DNA of 64,000 nucleotides from a virus (Duplodnaviria; Caudoviricetes): IMG/VR virus record IMGVR_UViG_637000272_000004, positions 1 to 64,000 of that record; one strand, 5' to 3'. Shown piece by piece: positions 53,919 to 64,000 of this stretch (position 1 is its first letter; each line of letters starts with the position of its first letter). The notes under the pieces were generated by a model. It saw only the letters and a program-made list of their open reading frames with translations, ran no database searches and was not told where the DNA came from. The position numbers and the translations under genes were made by a program.

Positions 53919-55820
53919 TTATCCATAAAACTGATAATAATTTTTAATAAGTTCATACATAATAACTTCATGACCTCGTTCGTTCGGATGTAACCCGTCA
54001 GGCATGCTGGATTTTCTAAATGCAGGATTATAAGGTTTGAAATAGTCTGTATGATATGCATCATATACAGGCACGTCTAATTCACTGCAAGCCAAAACTT
54101 GAGCATTTACATAGTCTTCAAGTGTTAACCCTAATTTATTTTTATCCGTGTCTTTACGGCGTATTTTAGTGCCATCCATAGGACATTGTCTTGTAGCTGT
54201 CATGACTAATATTTTAGCTTGTGGGTTATTTTCTTTTATAATGTTAATAGCACTACAGAAAGCGCCATAAAAGGTTTTTAAATCTATTTTGCTATCTCCA
54301 ATCGGCACTCCTTGCCAATAACCGTGAAGCCAGTCGTCATCAGTACCTTGAACTATGATTAAATCACCTCTTATTTGTTCTGCCTGACGATATATACTGT
54401 TTTCTGTTTTGTCTGTACCAATTGGCACGGTAGCCATCGTAGCACCACCCCTTGCAAGGTTTGTCGTTTTAGCTTTTAACTTCTTGCCTAACATTTCAGT
54501 AAAATTTGTTTTCGCATGTGATCCTCTAGCTACAGAATCGCCAATCGTTCCAATTGTTTTTACATCTTTAATGTTTGATTTATCCACAAAATCATGAACG
54601 ATAGTGCCGTCAGATGTAGTCACAGTTTTAGAGCTTACCTTCTGTTGTTTATCTTCAATTAGATCAGTTCTACTCATTAAATCAAGTGTGGATTTAGCTA
54701 TCGATGCAACTTTAGATTTTAAGTTTTCTGCCGCTTTACTAGGATTAGAAAGGTTAACATCGTTTAATCCGGAAACGTAATTAGCAGCAGTATTTACTTT
54801 CTTCATATATCGTTGTTCTCGATTAAACTCACCAAGCGTTATATCTTGCTTAACAATTACATTGTTTATACCCCTAATCGTTTTAACATGTACTATACGG
54901 ACTAAATCATTCAAACCTAGTTTGGTAGATTTTATTTGTACTATGTCTCCGGGTTGTGGGTCTGCTTCTGGATATGATTCTCTTAAGACCAAAAAATCTA
55001 AAGACAAAGATTGTTTTAACGACTTTTTCAATCTCGATTGCAATTCTTTATTCATAGTTTCTTGGTCAGTCACTTTACCATCTTTAAATGGTTCTGCGTG
55101 GATATCGCCGTATATTTCAGCTAATGCACTTCTAGCTTCCATTACGAGCCCAGCGTGTTCGAATGTTTCTTCTCCTGAATAATTACCATATCCTCTAATG
55201 AAGGTGGCGAAATCACTTGCATCTTCCTCGAGTTTTATAGCGTTGGCGTTGACTTCGTCAGAAATAAAATAAGACGCTTTTTGATTTGAAAAAGGCGTCA
55301 ATACAAACTTATATCTGTCTTTCTTTTTGTCATACGTTATTTTATATTCTAAACCGAAATGTTCTAATCCCTTTTTAAACATTTCTAACCTTGTATCGCC
55401 TTCACCACCATTTTCAAACTTCGAAGACTTAACTTTGCCCTCGACTTCAAAAATCATTCCAGTACCTTGGAACACAATATTAAAATATCTTTCTACTGTA
55501 AAAGAACCTGTTACATTGACATAAATTCTATCAATCATTAACTTGTCTATGGGAATCTCTCTAGCAGTACATTCAACCAGTTGTCTGTCGCCTTCTGATT
55601 TCCTATCAATGACAGTTATTACATATTCTTTCTTGTCATTTTCACCTTCGACATGACTAACAATCCATCTTTTCCCTATAGCGTTAATAACTTCATAAGT
55701 GTATTTGTTTTCGAGAATATCAAAAGTTAACACACCGTCAGCATTAACTTTTTTCACTAAAGTTGTTTCTACTGGTACAGGTGCGCCATTACCTTTAGGT
55801 GGTCTTACAATTATTGTCAT
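53919..55820 (-). CDS. Tail-associated Tal protein with C-terminal SGNH/GDSL hydrolase (633 aa)
   Basis: IGDSVARG, QGTDDDW and DGLHPNERGH motifs. Confidence 0.9.
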   Translation of the reverse strand: MTIIVRPPKGNGAPVPVETTLVKKVNADGVLTFDILENKYTYEVINAIGKRWIVSHVEGENDKKEYVITVIDRKSEGDRQLVECTAREIPIDKLMIDRIYVNVTGSFTVERYFNIVFQGTGMIFEVEGKVKSSKFENGGEGDTRLEMFKKGLEHFGLEYKITYDKKKDRYKFVLTPFSNQKASYFISDEVNANAIKLEEDASDFATFIRGYGNYSGEETFEHAGLVMEARSALAEIYGDIHAEPFKDGKVTDQETMNKELQSRLKKSLKQSLSLDFLVLRESYPEADPQPGDIVQIKSTKLGLNDLVRIVHVKTIRGINNVIVKQDITLGEFNREQRYMKKVNTAANYVSGLNDVNLSNPSKAAENLKSKVASIAKSTLDLMSRTDLIEDKQQKVSSKTVTTSDGTIVHDFVDKSNIKDVKTIGTIGDSVARGSHAKTNFTEMLGKKLKAKTTNLARGGATMATVPIGTDKTENSIYRQAEQIRGDLIIVQGTDDDWLHGYWQGVPIGDSKIDLKTFYGAFCSAINIIKENNPQAKILVMTATRQCPMDGTKIRRKDTDKNKLGLTLEDYVNAQVLACSELDVPVYDAYHTDYFKPYNPAFRKSSMPDGLHPNERGHEVIMYELIKNYYQFYG

Positions 55821-55828
55821 TCTGACAC

Positions 55829-56776
55829 CTACTTATAATAAAATTTCAAATCAAACTGAACTTTTTGAACTGTTTGATTAAACTCAAATTTATTAGCTCC
55901 GTATTTAAATTTTGGTTGGGCTATGTTCGTTTCAGTGCTTATTTCGACACCGTTTTTATAAACTCGGAAGCTATCATAAACAATTCTGTCTCCAGCTTTT
56001 AGTTTGATCCCTTCGATTTTCATTATTTCAGCATGCGTTAAATTCCATACAAACGATTCTGTATCTTCGCCTAAAATAATTGTTATCTTTTTATACATGT
56101 TGAATTGGTCGTTAGGAGCACTACCATGATAGTAAACTGTACCTTTGCTCAAATTTTCAAATGTATACTTTCTTTTGTCTCCGCCTGCATGCCAATCGAT
56201 ATTAAAATCAAACGACCACAATCCAACCTTTTTGTTTTCTTCTAGCTCTAGGCTTGTTCCAATGCTTTCACCGTATGGTAATTCTGTAGTTTCGAATTTT
56301 AGTTCAAAAGAAACTTTATTACCTTTTTGTTTAGGGTTTATAACTCCATTAAAAATAACTTTATACTGTTTACCGTTTACATAAATTTGTTGATCGTGTC
56401 TTGAATATTCGTAATCCGGGAAGTTATTTTTATCTAATTTCACGTAATCATCAGAAGTTGGTTGAGTAAACCTGTAATTCAACTCCTCTTTTCTTCTGAT
56501 TTCTCGTAAATACATTGGTTCTATGTCTGTCGTTAACGAATACAACATATCTCGCATATAAGCAATGTCTGAACGATTTTTTACTTTACAAAAACAAGGA
56601 ACAACTATATCTCTACTGATATAATTGCTCCCCATTAATATACGACCGTTCATATTTTCTTTGTCTTGATACTTTGTGTTGATTTGCATGCTATCAATTA
56701 CTATATCGTTAACGATAAACCCGTATTCACTTAATTTGATTACAGTACCATCTTTTTTTGTTAATTCTATGTCCAT
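55829..56776 (-). CDS. Distal tail protein Dit (315 aa)
   Basis: Position after the TMP; TTELPYGES motif. Confidence 0.88.
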   Translation of the reverse strand: MDIELTKKDGTVIKLSEYGFIVNDIVIDSMQINTKYQDKENMNGRILMGSNYISRDIVVPCFCKVKNRSDIAYMRDMLYSLTTDIEPMYLREIRRKEELNYRFTQPTSDDYVKLDKNNFPDYEYSRHDQQIYVNGKQYKVIFNGVINPKQKGNKVSFELKFETTELPYGESIGTSLELEENKKVGLWSFDFNIDWHAGGDKRKYTFENLSKGTVYYHGSAPNDQFNMYKKITIILGEDTESFVWNLTHAEIMKIEGIKLKAGDRIVYDSFRVYKNGVEISTETNIAQPKFKYGANKFEFNQTVQKVQFDLKFYYK

Positions 56777-56788
56777 TTGTAACCTCCT

Positions 56789-59700
56789 TTATAAGTAATA
56801 CTCAGAATTGCGTTTAGCATTTCTGCCGTTAACAATACTAGTAAGTGCGTCGTTATTAATATCAAGTTCAACTTTTACAGTTTTCATGTTCGGTGATGTT
56901 TCAATAGAATGTGTGTGTTGTACTTGCGCATTTATATTTCCACCTAAATTACTTAAGTTTCCTGTAATACTAGAAATGTCAGGTGCGTTTAATGTAGGTT
57001 GAAATGCATCAACTACTTTATCTGCAACATTAGAAACATTACGGATAACTTTACTTGAATGATTATCTATACCTTTAACGAAACCTAGCATTGAATACAT
57101 ACCAACATCCATGAATTCACGTGAAGGTGAGTGAATACCCAAAGCACTTTTAGCTGCATCTAAAGCTTTCTTAGCAACATTTTTAGCCGCGTCTACTAAT
57201 TGGCCAGCCATTTGTCCAATACCTCTAATTAAACCACGGATCATATCAGCACCTGCAGACACAAAATCTCCTATAAAGCTTTTTATTTTATTTACTGCAT
57301 TTGTCATACCTTGACTAACTTTGTTTACAACATTGACGAATCCTTGAATAACTCTATTAACAAAGTTAATTAGCGTACTTGTTATAGTAGATACCCATTG
57401 CATACCTTTAGTGACAATGAAGTTCCAAGCTTGAGACATTTTGTCTGAGATAGTTGATACAACTTGTGTGAATATACTTACTACTTTGTTCCAAATAGTC
57501 GTTAAAATACCAGATAAGAAACTCCAAATTGTATTCCAGATATTTGAAATAAAACTCCATGCCGCTTGTAATGCAGTAGATATAGCTGTAGTGATAGCGT
57601 TCCAAACCGTAGTTGCCACAGTAACTATAGTGTTCCACAACGTTTGTAAGAACGTCCAAATAGCGTTCCAAATTGTCATTGTGATAGTCATGATTGTTGT
57701 AAACACAGTAGTTATTACAGTGACTAACAAATTCCAAATCGTAGTAGCGATTGTAATTATCGTGTTCCAGATTGTACTTAAGAATGTCCAAATAGCTGTC
57801 CATATCGTCATAACTATTGTCATTATCGTCGTGAAAACAGTTGTAATGATTGTAACTAAAAGGTTCCATACTGTTGTTGCAATAGTGATAATTCCATTCC
57901 ATAGCCCTTGCAAATAAGCAACTATTTGATTCCAAATAATCATTATAAAATTGTAAACATTCGATACTGCTGTAGTGATAGCTGTTAAAATAGCATTCCA
58001 TACAACCGAAGCTACAGCTTTTAATACATTCCAAACATTAACCATAAACGTTTTTATCGCATTCCAAGCATTTATAATAAAGTTTCTGAATCCTTCATTT
58101 TTATTCCACAATAAAACGAATATAGCTATTAATGCAGCGATTACACCAATTACTATTGTTATTGGACCACCTAAAATACCAAACACAGTTACTAGTCCTG
58201 TGACAGCATTTCTAATTAATCCAATCTTACCGAATAACAGTTGGAATATAACTGATATAATCTTTAATGGTCCTTTTAATAACATGAACGCACCTTTTAA
58301 AATTGTTAATCCCGCTCTTAATAAACCGAACTTACTTACTAATGCAAATAATCGTATTCCAAACACTCCTAAAAAGTCTATTGTCGCTAAAATTGGAGCA
58401 ATTAAAAACCTAAATGCACCAACTAAAGTTATAATGACACCAACTAATTGTGCTGTAGCTGGATGCGCCTCAAACAAGTTAGCTATCCAACCAGTTATTG
58501 CTACTGCAACGCGTAATACCGCACTAGCTATAGGAGCCATCGCTGTTGCGAATGCAACTAATCCTCTTGCGATGTTTCCAATCAATTGCATTATTAGTGG
58601 TCCATTTGTTTGTATATAACTGACAAAGTCTTTGAACCCTTGAGATTGTCCTACTTGTTCAGACCATTCCCTAAATTTAGCTGTCATCTGTTCGAGAGAC
58701 TGGAATATACCAGTTGACGATCCACTAAATGCATTCATCAAATTATTAATTCCAGCGAAAACATTTTTGAAAATGTTGCCGATTATAGGTAAATTTGTTT
58801 TTGTGTATTCAATAAAACGAGTAATCGAATTTTCTCCAGCTGCACTATTAGCCCAGTTAGAGAAAGATTGACCTAATCTATCCAACCAATCAGCCGACCA
58901 TTGAAACAGTGGTGCTAATTGTGTGAATACATTGACTAATCCATCACCGAAACCGCCTGCAGCACTTAATAGCTTGTTAAATACCGAAACACCAGTTGTA
59001 TTCATCATGTTGAAGAACCTTGATGCTACACCGCTATTTTGAGCCCATTTAAGCACGCTTTGAGACGCTTCTTCCATTCCTCTTGAAATACCACTAAAAA
59101 ACGGTTGTAAGCTCTGCATTGCTGTTTTAACAGTATTTAAACCATTTGCAAGAGTTGTGAAGATAGCGGATTGATTTTGCTTTATAATATCAGTCCATGC
59201 TGACTTTACGCCATCTAAAGCTTTTTTGTATTCGTTTGTTGCTGAGCTAGCTTGTAAAGTGCCATCATTAAGCATCTTTATAGCGCTGATAGCCATTGCG
59301 CCAAATGCTACAAAGCCAGCGCCGGCTATTGCTACCGCACCACCTAAAGCAAGTACACCGCCAGTTAACACTTTGATAGCGTTTAATAGCGCAAATACTA
59401 CAGGGACTACGCTCGCTATTACAGGTATTAAGATACTAAAAGATGATGTAAGTAATCCACCAACCATATTAGAACCTACAGTACCGAACACACGGAACAT
59501 ATTAGCTAAATTCCCCATCTGTCTTTGAAAATTGTCATTTGCTTTTATTATGTAGGCATAAGCTTTCTTTAAACCATTAGTATCGACATCTACCTTTGTT
59601 GTTTTTTTGTTCGGCAATGCGTCTAATGATTTTTTAAACGCATAAATAGTTGGTATAGAAAGCCCTGTATCTACATCTAACCGAGATCTAGTTTTGTTTG

Positions 59701-60253
59701 GAATACTTTTAAGCTCTTCTTTAGTGCGTTTGATTTTAGAGTTAGCAACACCATTGTCCACGTCTATAATAGCTTTGGCTTTAGATCTATTAAAAGCTTC
59801 TAAACTAGATTTAGACACTTTCAATACTCGATTGAATTTACTGTTATCAGCATTGACGTCAATATTGACACGTTTCTTTTCTAATTCTGATAATTTAGCT
59901 TCTGCTTCAGCGATATCTTTAGTTAACTTTTGTTTTTGTAGTTTAACCTCAGGGCTAGCTTCTTTGGAGTTTAGTTTATCTAGCTCAAAGTTTGATTCTA
60001 ATACTTTTTGTTGTAAATCTTGTATATTAGCATCTAGTTTAGCTTTTGCTTGCTTGTTGCTAAATGCATCTAAAGACTTTTTAGCAACTTTGATAGTTTT
60101 TTGTAAATTTTTATCGTTAGCATTTAGTTCGACATCTTTAGTTTGGTCTGCTACTCGTTTGAATCTTTGCACAGACTTAACCGCACTATCAATTTGCTTT
60201 TTGAATTTAGCTACACTTGCTTCAATAGTCGCTTTAATTTTATATTCCGTCAC
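56789..60253 (-). CDS. Tape measure protein (1154 aa)
   Basis: MTEYKIKATIEASVAKFK, TM region, W-X10 repeats, IHSPSR. Confidence 0.93.
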   Translation of the reverse strand: MTEYKIKATIEASVAKFKKQIDSAVKSVQRFKRVADQTKDVELNANDKNLQKTIKVAKKSLDAFSNKQAKAKLDANIQDLQQKVLESNFELDKLNSKEASPEVKLQKQKLTKDIAEAEAKLSELEKKRVNIDVNADNSKFNRVLKVSKSSLEAFNRSKAKAIIDVDNGVANSKIKRTKEELKSIPNKTRSRLDVDTGLSIPTIYAFKKSLDALPNKKTTKVDVDTNGLKKAYAYIIKANDNFQRQMGNLANMFRVFGTVGSNMVGGLLTSSFSILIPVIASVVPVVFALLNAIKVLTGGVLALGGAVAIAGAGFVAFGAMAISAIKMLNDGTLQASSATNEYKKALDGVKSAWTDIIKQNQSAIFTTLANGLNTVKTAMQSLQPFFSGISRGMEEASQSVLKWAQNSGVASRFFNMMNTTGVSVFNKLLSAAGGFGDGLVNVFTQLAPLFQWSADWLDRLGQSFSNWANSAAGENSITRFIEYTKTNLPIIGNIFKNVFAGINNLMNAFSGSSTGIFQSLEQMTAKFREWSEQVGQSQGFKDFVSYIQTNGPLIMQLIGNIARGLVAFATAMAPIASAVLRVAVAITGWIANLFEAHPATAQLVGVIITLVGAFRFLIAPILATIDFLGVFGIRLFALVSKFGLLRAGLTILKGAFMLLKGPLKIISVIFQLLFGKIGLIRNAVTGLVTVFGILGGPITIVIGVIAALIAIFVLLWNKNEGFRNFIINAWNAIKTFMVNVWNVLKAVASVVWNAILTAITTAVSNVYNFIMIIWNQIVAYLQGLWNGIITIATTVWNLLVTIITTVFTTIMTIVMTIWTAIWTFLSTIWNTIITIATTIWNLLVTVITTVFTTIMTITMTIWNAIWTFLQTLWNTIVTVATTVWNAITTAISTALQAAWSFISNIWNTIWSFLSGILTTIWNKVVSIFTQVVSTISDKMSQAWNFIVTKGMQWVSTITSTLINFVNRVIQGFVNVVNKVSQGMTNAVNKIKSFIGDFVSAGADMIRGLIRGIGQMAGQLVDAAKNVAKKALDAAKSALGIHSPSREFMDVGMYSMLGFVKGIDNHSSKVIRNVSNVADKVVDAFQPTLNAPDISSITGNLSNLGGNINAQVQHTHSIETSPNMKTVKVELDINNDALTSIVNGRNAKRNSEYYL
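57590..57901 (-). repeat. 132-bp (44-aa, 4x11) tandem repeat inside the TMP, about 2.3 copies
   Basis: Units start at TGG 57901, 57769 and 57637 (WN.II.IATT.WNLLVT.ITTVFTTIMTI.MTIW.AIWTFL.T.). Confidence 0.8.
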
Positions 60254-60269
60254 ATTAACACCTCTCTTT

Positions 60270-60713
60270 CTATTGCTTATTAAATTCTGCTATAACTTTA
60301 AAGAATTCATTATTTTGTGGTTCGTATTCATCACGTTCGCTACTAAATCTTATATCTTTACCTTCGTTAAGCCGTTGGATATTTTCTTCATAAGGCAATA
60401 CGTCGTTTGCGTTGTTAAAAACATATTCCTCTTTAGGTTTATTTTCTGTCCCAACATTTTTAGTAGCTGCAGCATCACGAATAGCAAACGCAAGTTTGTA
60501 ACGTTCGAATTCTTGGGTTAGCATTTCATATTCTTTCGCATAAATTCGATAGTTATATTCTGTTAATGTCATTTGCTCAATAACATTTAAATCTGTAATA
60601 CCAAGTGTTGACATACAAGTGATAACGATTCTGTCGTAAGTTATTACGCTTCCGCTGGTTTCTCTTCCGCTTCCACTACTTCTACTAGGTTTCGGGTCAT
60701 AGGTCGCTTTCCC
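60270..60713 (-). CDS. Tail assembly chaperone GT extension (-1 frameshift frame)
   Basis: Frame open from the slippery GGGAAAG (60707-60713) to 60270; includes track ORF 60270..60614. Confidence 0.8.
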   Translation of the reverse strand, partial: GKATYDPKPSRSSGSGRETSGSVITYDRIVITCMSTLGITDLNVIEQMTLTEYNYRIYAKEYEMLTQEFERYKLAFAIRDAAATKNVGTENKPKEEYVFNNANDVLPYEENIQRLNEGKDIRFSSERDEYEPQNNEFFKVIAEFNKQ

Positions 60714-61009
60714 AACTCCGTTAAAATATCCGAACCGAATTCTTCTAGTCCGATATTTTCTGCTATTTCATCTAGTGCTTCATCAATGTTATTAATAGTA
60801 ATTGCTTGTTTTTTTAAGTGAGATGTAGCTGCAATTAAAACTTCGCCAATCACAACAGGATTTCCACTTTCTAAACCTACAGGCAACATTGATACACCTT
60901 GACCAATAGAAGCTTGCTCTACTTTTAAACCCAATCTGTTATCAATCTCTCTTAAAAATTTAAAACCAAAGCTTAACTCTAGTGACTTTCCATTAATTTC
61001 TACATTCAT
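60644..61009 (-). CDS. Tail assembly chaperone G (121 aa)
   Basis: MNVEINGKSLELSFGFKFLREID; position between major tail and TMP. Confidence 0.88.
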   Translation of the reverse strand: MNVEINGKSLELSFGFKFLREIDNRLGLKVEQASIGQGVSMLPVGLESGNPVVIGEVLIAATSHLKKQAITINNIDEALDEIAENIGLEEFGSDILTELGKRPMTRNLVEVVEAEEKPAEA

Positions 61010-61070
61010 CTTTAAAATCTCCATTCATGATTAATTTAAACAAAAATAAAAAGGGCGTTAAGCCCTATTT

Positions 61071-61652
61071 TTATACTTCTCCTGGTACAGACGATGGCGA
61101 ATCCACTTTAGGTTGAGGAATTGCTGTTAACTCTTCGCCAGTTAACGCATCTTCTTTTGTAGTGTCATGGAATTTGTATCCAGCCGCCTTAAGTTTCTTT
61201 GTTACAGCCTCAGGCAATGTTGCAAATCCACGTTGGAAACGACCATTCACTCCGTATTCGTATTCATATTCATCAATGCCGTTAGCTTCTGCTTTTAATT
61301 CGAATTTATTGTGGAAACCTTGGAAATATTTCGCTTTAAATTTAGTAGCATCTCCACCTTTGCCCGGTATTCTACTTTCAACTTCCCAAGCTTCATACAA
61401 TACGCGGTCTACAACCGCATCTTCAATTTCATCTGCAAAAGCGTCACCATAAGACATTTTGGCAGTTCCAGACATTGTTGATTCAACTGAACCACCAGTG
61501 TTATAAGAACCGTCCATTGTATCCTCTGTATCTGTATCAGCTTCATGTGATAAGCCGTATTCAGTTAAAAAAAGCATTTTAGTAGCATCTACTTTTTCGC
61601 CAGCTTTTCTAAACAAAATAATACGATCATTACTATTTTTCATATTTGCCAT
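61071..61652 (-). CDS. Major tail tube protein, TP901-1 family (193 aa)
   Basis: LFRKAGE..TEYGLSHE..TMDGS. Confidence 0.9.
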   Translation of the reverse strand: MANMKNSNDRIILFRKAGEKVDATKMLFLTEYGLSHEADTDTEDTMDGSYNTGGSVESTMSGTAKMSYGDAFADEIEDAVVDRVLYEAWEVESRIPGKGGDATKFKAKYFQGFHNKFELKAEANGIDEYEYEYGVNGRFQRGFATLPEAVTKKLKAAGYKFHDTTKEDALTGEELTAIPQPKVDSPSSVPGEV

Positions 61653-61669
61653 TCAATATTCCTCCGTTT

Positions 61670-62053
61670 TTAAAATGTTTTGTAAGATATCGTTACTGAT
61701 GTGTGTAGCAATTCTTGATTGGTAGTATCATCAACTAACTGTGTGATGTTAGTATCGTCTTCTTCAAAGTCATAATTGTTTGTTTTAACGCTAGGTGTTA
61801 AATCATCAATACATCTTTTAACGAGTTCGTCATGATGTCCTAAATCATCGCTTACACTCCAAATATCAATAACTAAATTCGTGTCGCCAGAATAACTATC
61901 AAAGGTGTACTTACTTCTATTTGACTCCGGCATTTTTATGACAAAAAAAGGATACGGAATCTCTTGTTGCATCTCTTTACGAGAAATAACAGGGAACCCA
62001 TATCCTTGTAGCGTTTCATACGCTTTATTATAAAGTTGTAAGTTCGGTGTCAT
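61670..62053 (-). CDS. Tail terminator/completion protein (127 aa)
   Basis: IPYPFFVI, LVIDIWS; position. Confidence 0.8.
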   Translation of the reverse strand: MTPNLQLYNKAYETLQGYGFPVISRKEMQQEIPYPFFVIKMPESNRSKYTFDSYSGDTNLVIDIWSVSDDLGHHDELVKRCIDDLTPSVKTNNYDFEEDDTNITQLVDDTTNQELLHTSVTISYKTF

Positions 62054-62064
62054 GCTTTTATCTC

Positions 62065-62412
62065 CTATTCAAACAACGCTTTCAATTCTTCTACAGTTGA
62101 TTTCCTAATCACTTCGTATACCGGCCACATAAAAGGTTCTGCCTCCATGTATCGAGTACCAAATTCTAAGAAACCACTATAAGCTGCATGCGATGTGATA
62201 GTGTATTGCAAATCGCCAGTTTTTTTATATCTGATATTTCGTGATAAATTACCAGTCCAATAACCTTTATTCATTACTTCTCTAGCTTTTAATTTAGCTC
62301 TTACTACGTATTCTTTAGCTTTGTCTAGTAAAATGTCGTCTACATCATCTTCAATGTTGTTTTTCATATCGTGAAATTGGTTTAACAACGCGCCTAATCC
62401 ATCTATATTCAT
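62065..62412 (-). CDS. HK97 gp10-like neck protein (115 aa)
   Basis: [27 protein letters not shown]. Confidence 0.88.
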   Translation of the reverse strand: MNIDGLGALLNQFHDMKNNIEDDVDDILLDKAKEYVVRAKLKAREVMNKGYWTGNLSRNIRYKKTGDLQYTITSHAAYSGFLEFGTRYMEAEPFMWPVYEVIRKSTVEELKALFE

Positions 62413-62714
62413 TAGTTGACCTCTTCGATGTAATATGACGTTTCGTGTCTGTATGCCCTTGTATCAACTATCTTGTAGCGAATGCCATTAATCAACACGT
62501 GACTAACAGGATAAGATATCGATTCTTTCACTCTTAAAACACTCACATCATTTTTTACATCGCCAAATTCAAGTTGCTTTCTCGCTCTAGAAATGGGGTT
62601 AATATTGCATGGTATTGCATCATAAGTAATGAACGTGTTTTCTTTTTTACTAGTTTTAGGATTGTAAGTTGCTATTTGTTCTAATTGGAAAACAGCTCTA
62701 TCTTCATATCTCAA
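62412..62714 (-). CDS. Head closure/stopper protein (100 aa)
   Basis: Position and [14 protein letters not shown] motifs. Confidence 0.75.
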   Translation of the reverse strand: MRYEDRAVFQLEQIATYNPKTSKKENTFITYDAIPCNINPISRARKQLEFGDVKNDVSVLRVKESISYPVSHVLINGIRYKIVDTRAYRHETSYYIEEVN

Positions 62715-63043
62715 AAGAATACAGCCCTTCCTTTTTTAGTCCTTGTTCTAGCATTAAAGAAATTATCAATAATAGCTTCATACTCCTTAAAATCATTTAA
62801 TTCATATGAGTTGCTACGTCCATCAACTGCTTCTGATGTCATACCTTCAGCACCAATCCTGTTATATCGTTTAACTGCAACCTCTTTAATCATGTAGCTA
62901 AACCTTTCCGGTATTTGTTCAACCTCAATAGGTAACATTGATAACAACTGGCTTTCGCAACTTTTGATTATTTCTTGTAACTGTTCGTCTTGCTTATCAT
63001 CTTTAAGACCTATGCGTTTCTTAACGTCATCTAATGTAGTCAT
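62711..63043 (-). CDS. Head-tail connector/adaptor (110 aa)
   Basis: LDDVKKRIGL..VAVKRYNRIGAEGMTSE.VDG. Confidence 0.88.
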   Translation of the reverse strand: MTTLDDVKKRIGLKDDKQDEQLQEIIKSCESQLLSMLPIEVEQIPERFSYMIKEVAVKRYNRIGAEGMTSEAVDGRSNSYELNDFKEYEAIIDNFFNARTRTKKGRAVFF

Positions 63044-63051
63044 ATAACCAC

Positions 63052-63339
63052 CTACACAAGTGACTCAAAAGCACTAATAATTTCAGCTTTTGTTTGTTTT
63101 TCGTCAACATCTAAACTAGCAAGGTTTGCTATTTCGACAAGTTCTTTTTTGGTTAATTTGTCATTTACGATGTAAATCATTTGTTCGTTGCGTTTATTTT
63201 CAACACTGGCTAAAGATTTAACGCGTTCATCTGTAGGATTATAACCTTTACGAGGGTAGACATGCCCTTTCAAATAGACATGTCTGTTATCTTCTAAATC
63301 TGTAAAATCTACTTTAACAATTCCTATGATTTCGGGCAT
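63052..63339 (-). CDS. Small head-region protein with C-terminal SAP/Rho-N-like motif (95 aa)
   Basis: GHVYPR; LTKKELVEIA..KQTKAEII. Confidence 0.75.
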   Translation of the reverse strand: MPEIIGIVKVDFTDLEDNRHVYLKGHVYPRKGYNPTDERVKSLASVENKRNEQMIYIVNDKLTKKELVEIANLASLDVDEKQTKAEIISAFESLV

Positions 63340-63360
63340 GTTACCACTCCTAATTATTTA

Positions 63361-64000
63361 TTAAACTTCTCCTGGAACTGAAGATGGTTTTGCATCAGCA
63401 GGAACTAACTTAGCAAACGCTTTATCATCAGCGATATGCAATGCTACATGCATAGTTGCACGTAATGCCACCATATCTTGTTCGAATAAGTTTACAGGTG
63501 TGCCATCTTCGTTTTTAACTGTAGATAATTGTGCTGTTTCATCGATTTTGTATTCAATTAATTGAGGGATACCGTAAATCAACTTATCAAAGTCACCAGT
63601 GATTAATTCACCGCGTTTTAAGTTACTTGATTTTAAGTTAACCACAGGTAGACCGTCTAATGAATCACTGTTACGGTCATAAATACGTTCCTTAGTTTCA
63701 GGATCTACAATTTTACGTAGCAAGCTTCTATTTTGTGTTTTTGAGATAAACGCATTTGCTTCTAATTCGTCATCTTCAAGTAATGCCTCTAAATCAATAA
63801 TGTTATCTTGTGTGAAGTCGCCTTTAATAACCTTGTTAGTTTTTTCAATTGATTGTGCAATTGATTTACCGAATGGATTGTTACCTTGATTCAAAATACC
63901 TGCTTCGTCAAACTTTTTATAGAAAGCTTCAGCAATCATAGGTTTCATTTCTTCGAAGAATTGTGAATAAGTATAATTCAAGAATTCTTTTGTTACAGGT
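63361..64000 (-). CDS. Major capsid protein, C-terminal part (5' end outside window)
   Basis: [34 protein letters not shown], matching the 80alpha/phi11 capsid type. Confidence 0.93.
   Translation of the reverse strand, partial: PVTKEFLNYTYSQFFEEMKPMIAEAFYKKFDEAGILNQGNNPFGKSIAQSIEKTNKVIKGDFTQDNIIDLEALLEDDELEANAFISKTQNRSLLRKIVDPETKERIYDRNSDSLDGLPVVNLKSSNLKRGELITGDFDKLIYGIPQLIEYKIDETAQLSTVKNEDGTPVNLFEQDMVALRATMHVALHIADDKAFAKLVPADAKPSSVPGEV

Larger units (their letters stand above)
42409..64000 (-). mobile_element. Siphoviridae prophage, phi11/80alpha-like morphogenesis (late half; remainder outside window)
   Basis: Contiguous capsid-connector-tail-baseplate-lysis module on the minus strand. 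Confidence 0.95.

Noticed and set aside
53919-54560. SGNH esterase domain on Tal
   Set aside because: Standard for phi11/80alpha-type tails
57408-60521. Long alternative-frame and antisense ORFs within the tape measure gene (57408..58034, 57441..57917, 57975..58619, 59694..60521)
   Set aside because: By-products of the repetitive, biased TMP codon usage; no RBS

Overview
Staphylococcus aureus chromosome. Positions 1 to about 42,400 are the genomic island vSa-beta: a tandem DUF1433 array, hyaluronate lyase hysA, a shattered SMEK-STAND NTPase gene (Avs2/AVAST-like), an IS3 relic, type I R-M hsdS (nonsense) and hsdM, five spl proteases (splA dead, one strongly divergent paralogue), a DUF4888 secreted protein, a complete bsa lantibiotic cluster with two precursor genes, lukDE, SprB/SprC-like sRNAs, a phage-derived block with an intact SNIPE/PD-lambda-1-like membrane nuclease and a DUF6978-DUF1828/1829 pair, and an egc enterotoxin cluster (seg and sem broken). 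From about 42,409 to the end lies the lysis/tail/head end of a phi11/80alpha-like pac-type siphoprophage. It is inserted at a tRNA(Ser) 3' end with its late genes pointing into the island, which is the geometry needed for lateral transduction of vSa-beta. The layout and alleles resemble, from memory, the bovine RF122/CC151 vSa-beta-phiSaBov arrangement. Most notable: the predicted terminase-sensing defence gene and hsdS are inactivated, while an entry-stage nuclease defence gene is intact next to a resident prophage. The prophage also carries a tail fibre with a swapped C-terminal domain. All family assignments are from motif recognition, not database searches.
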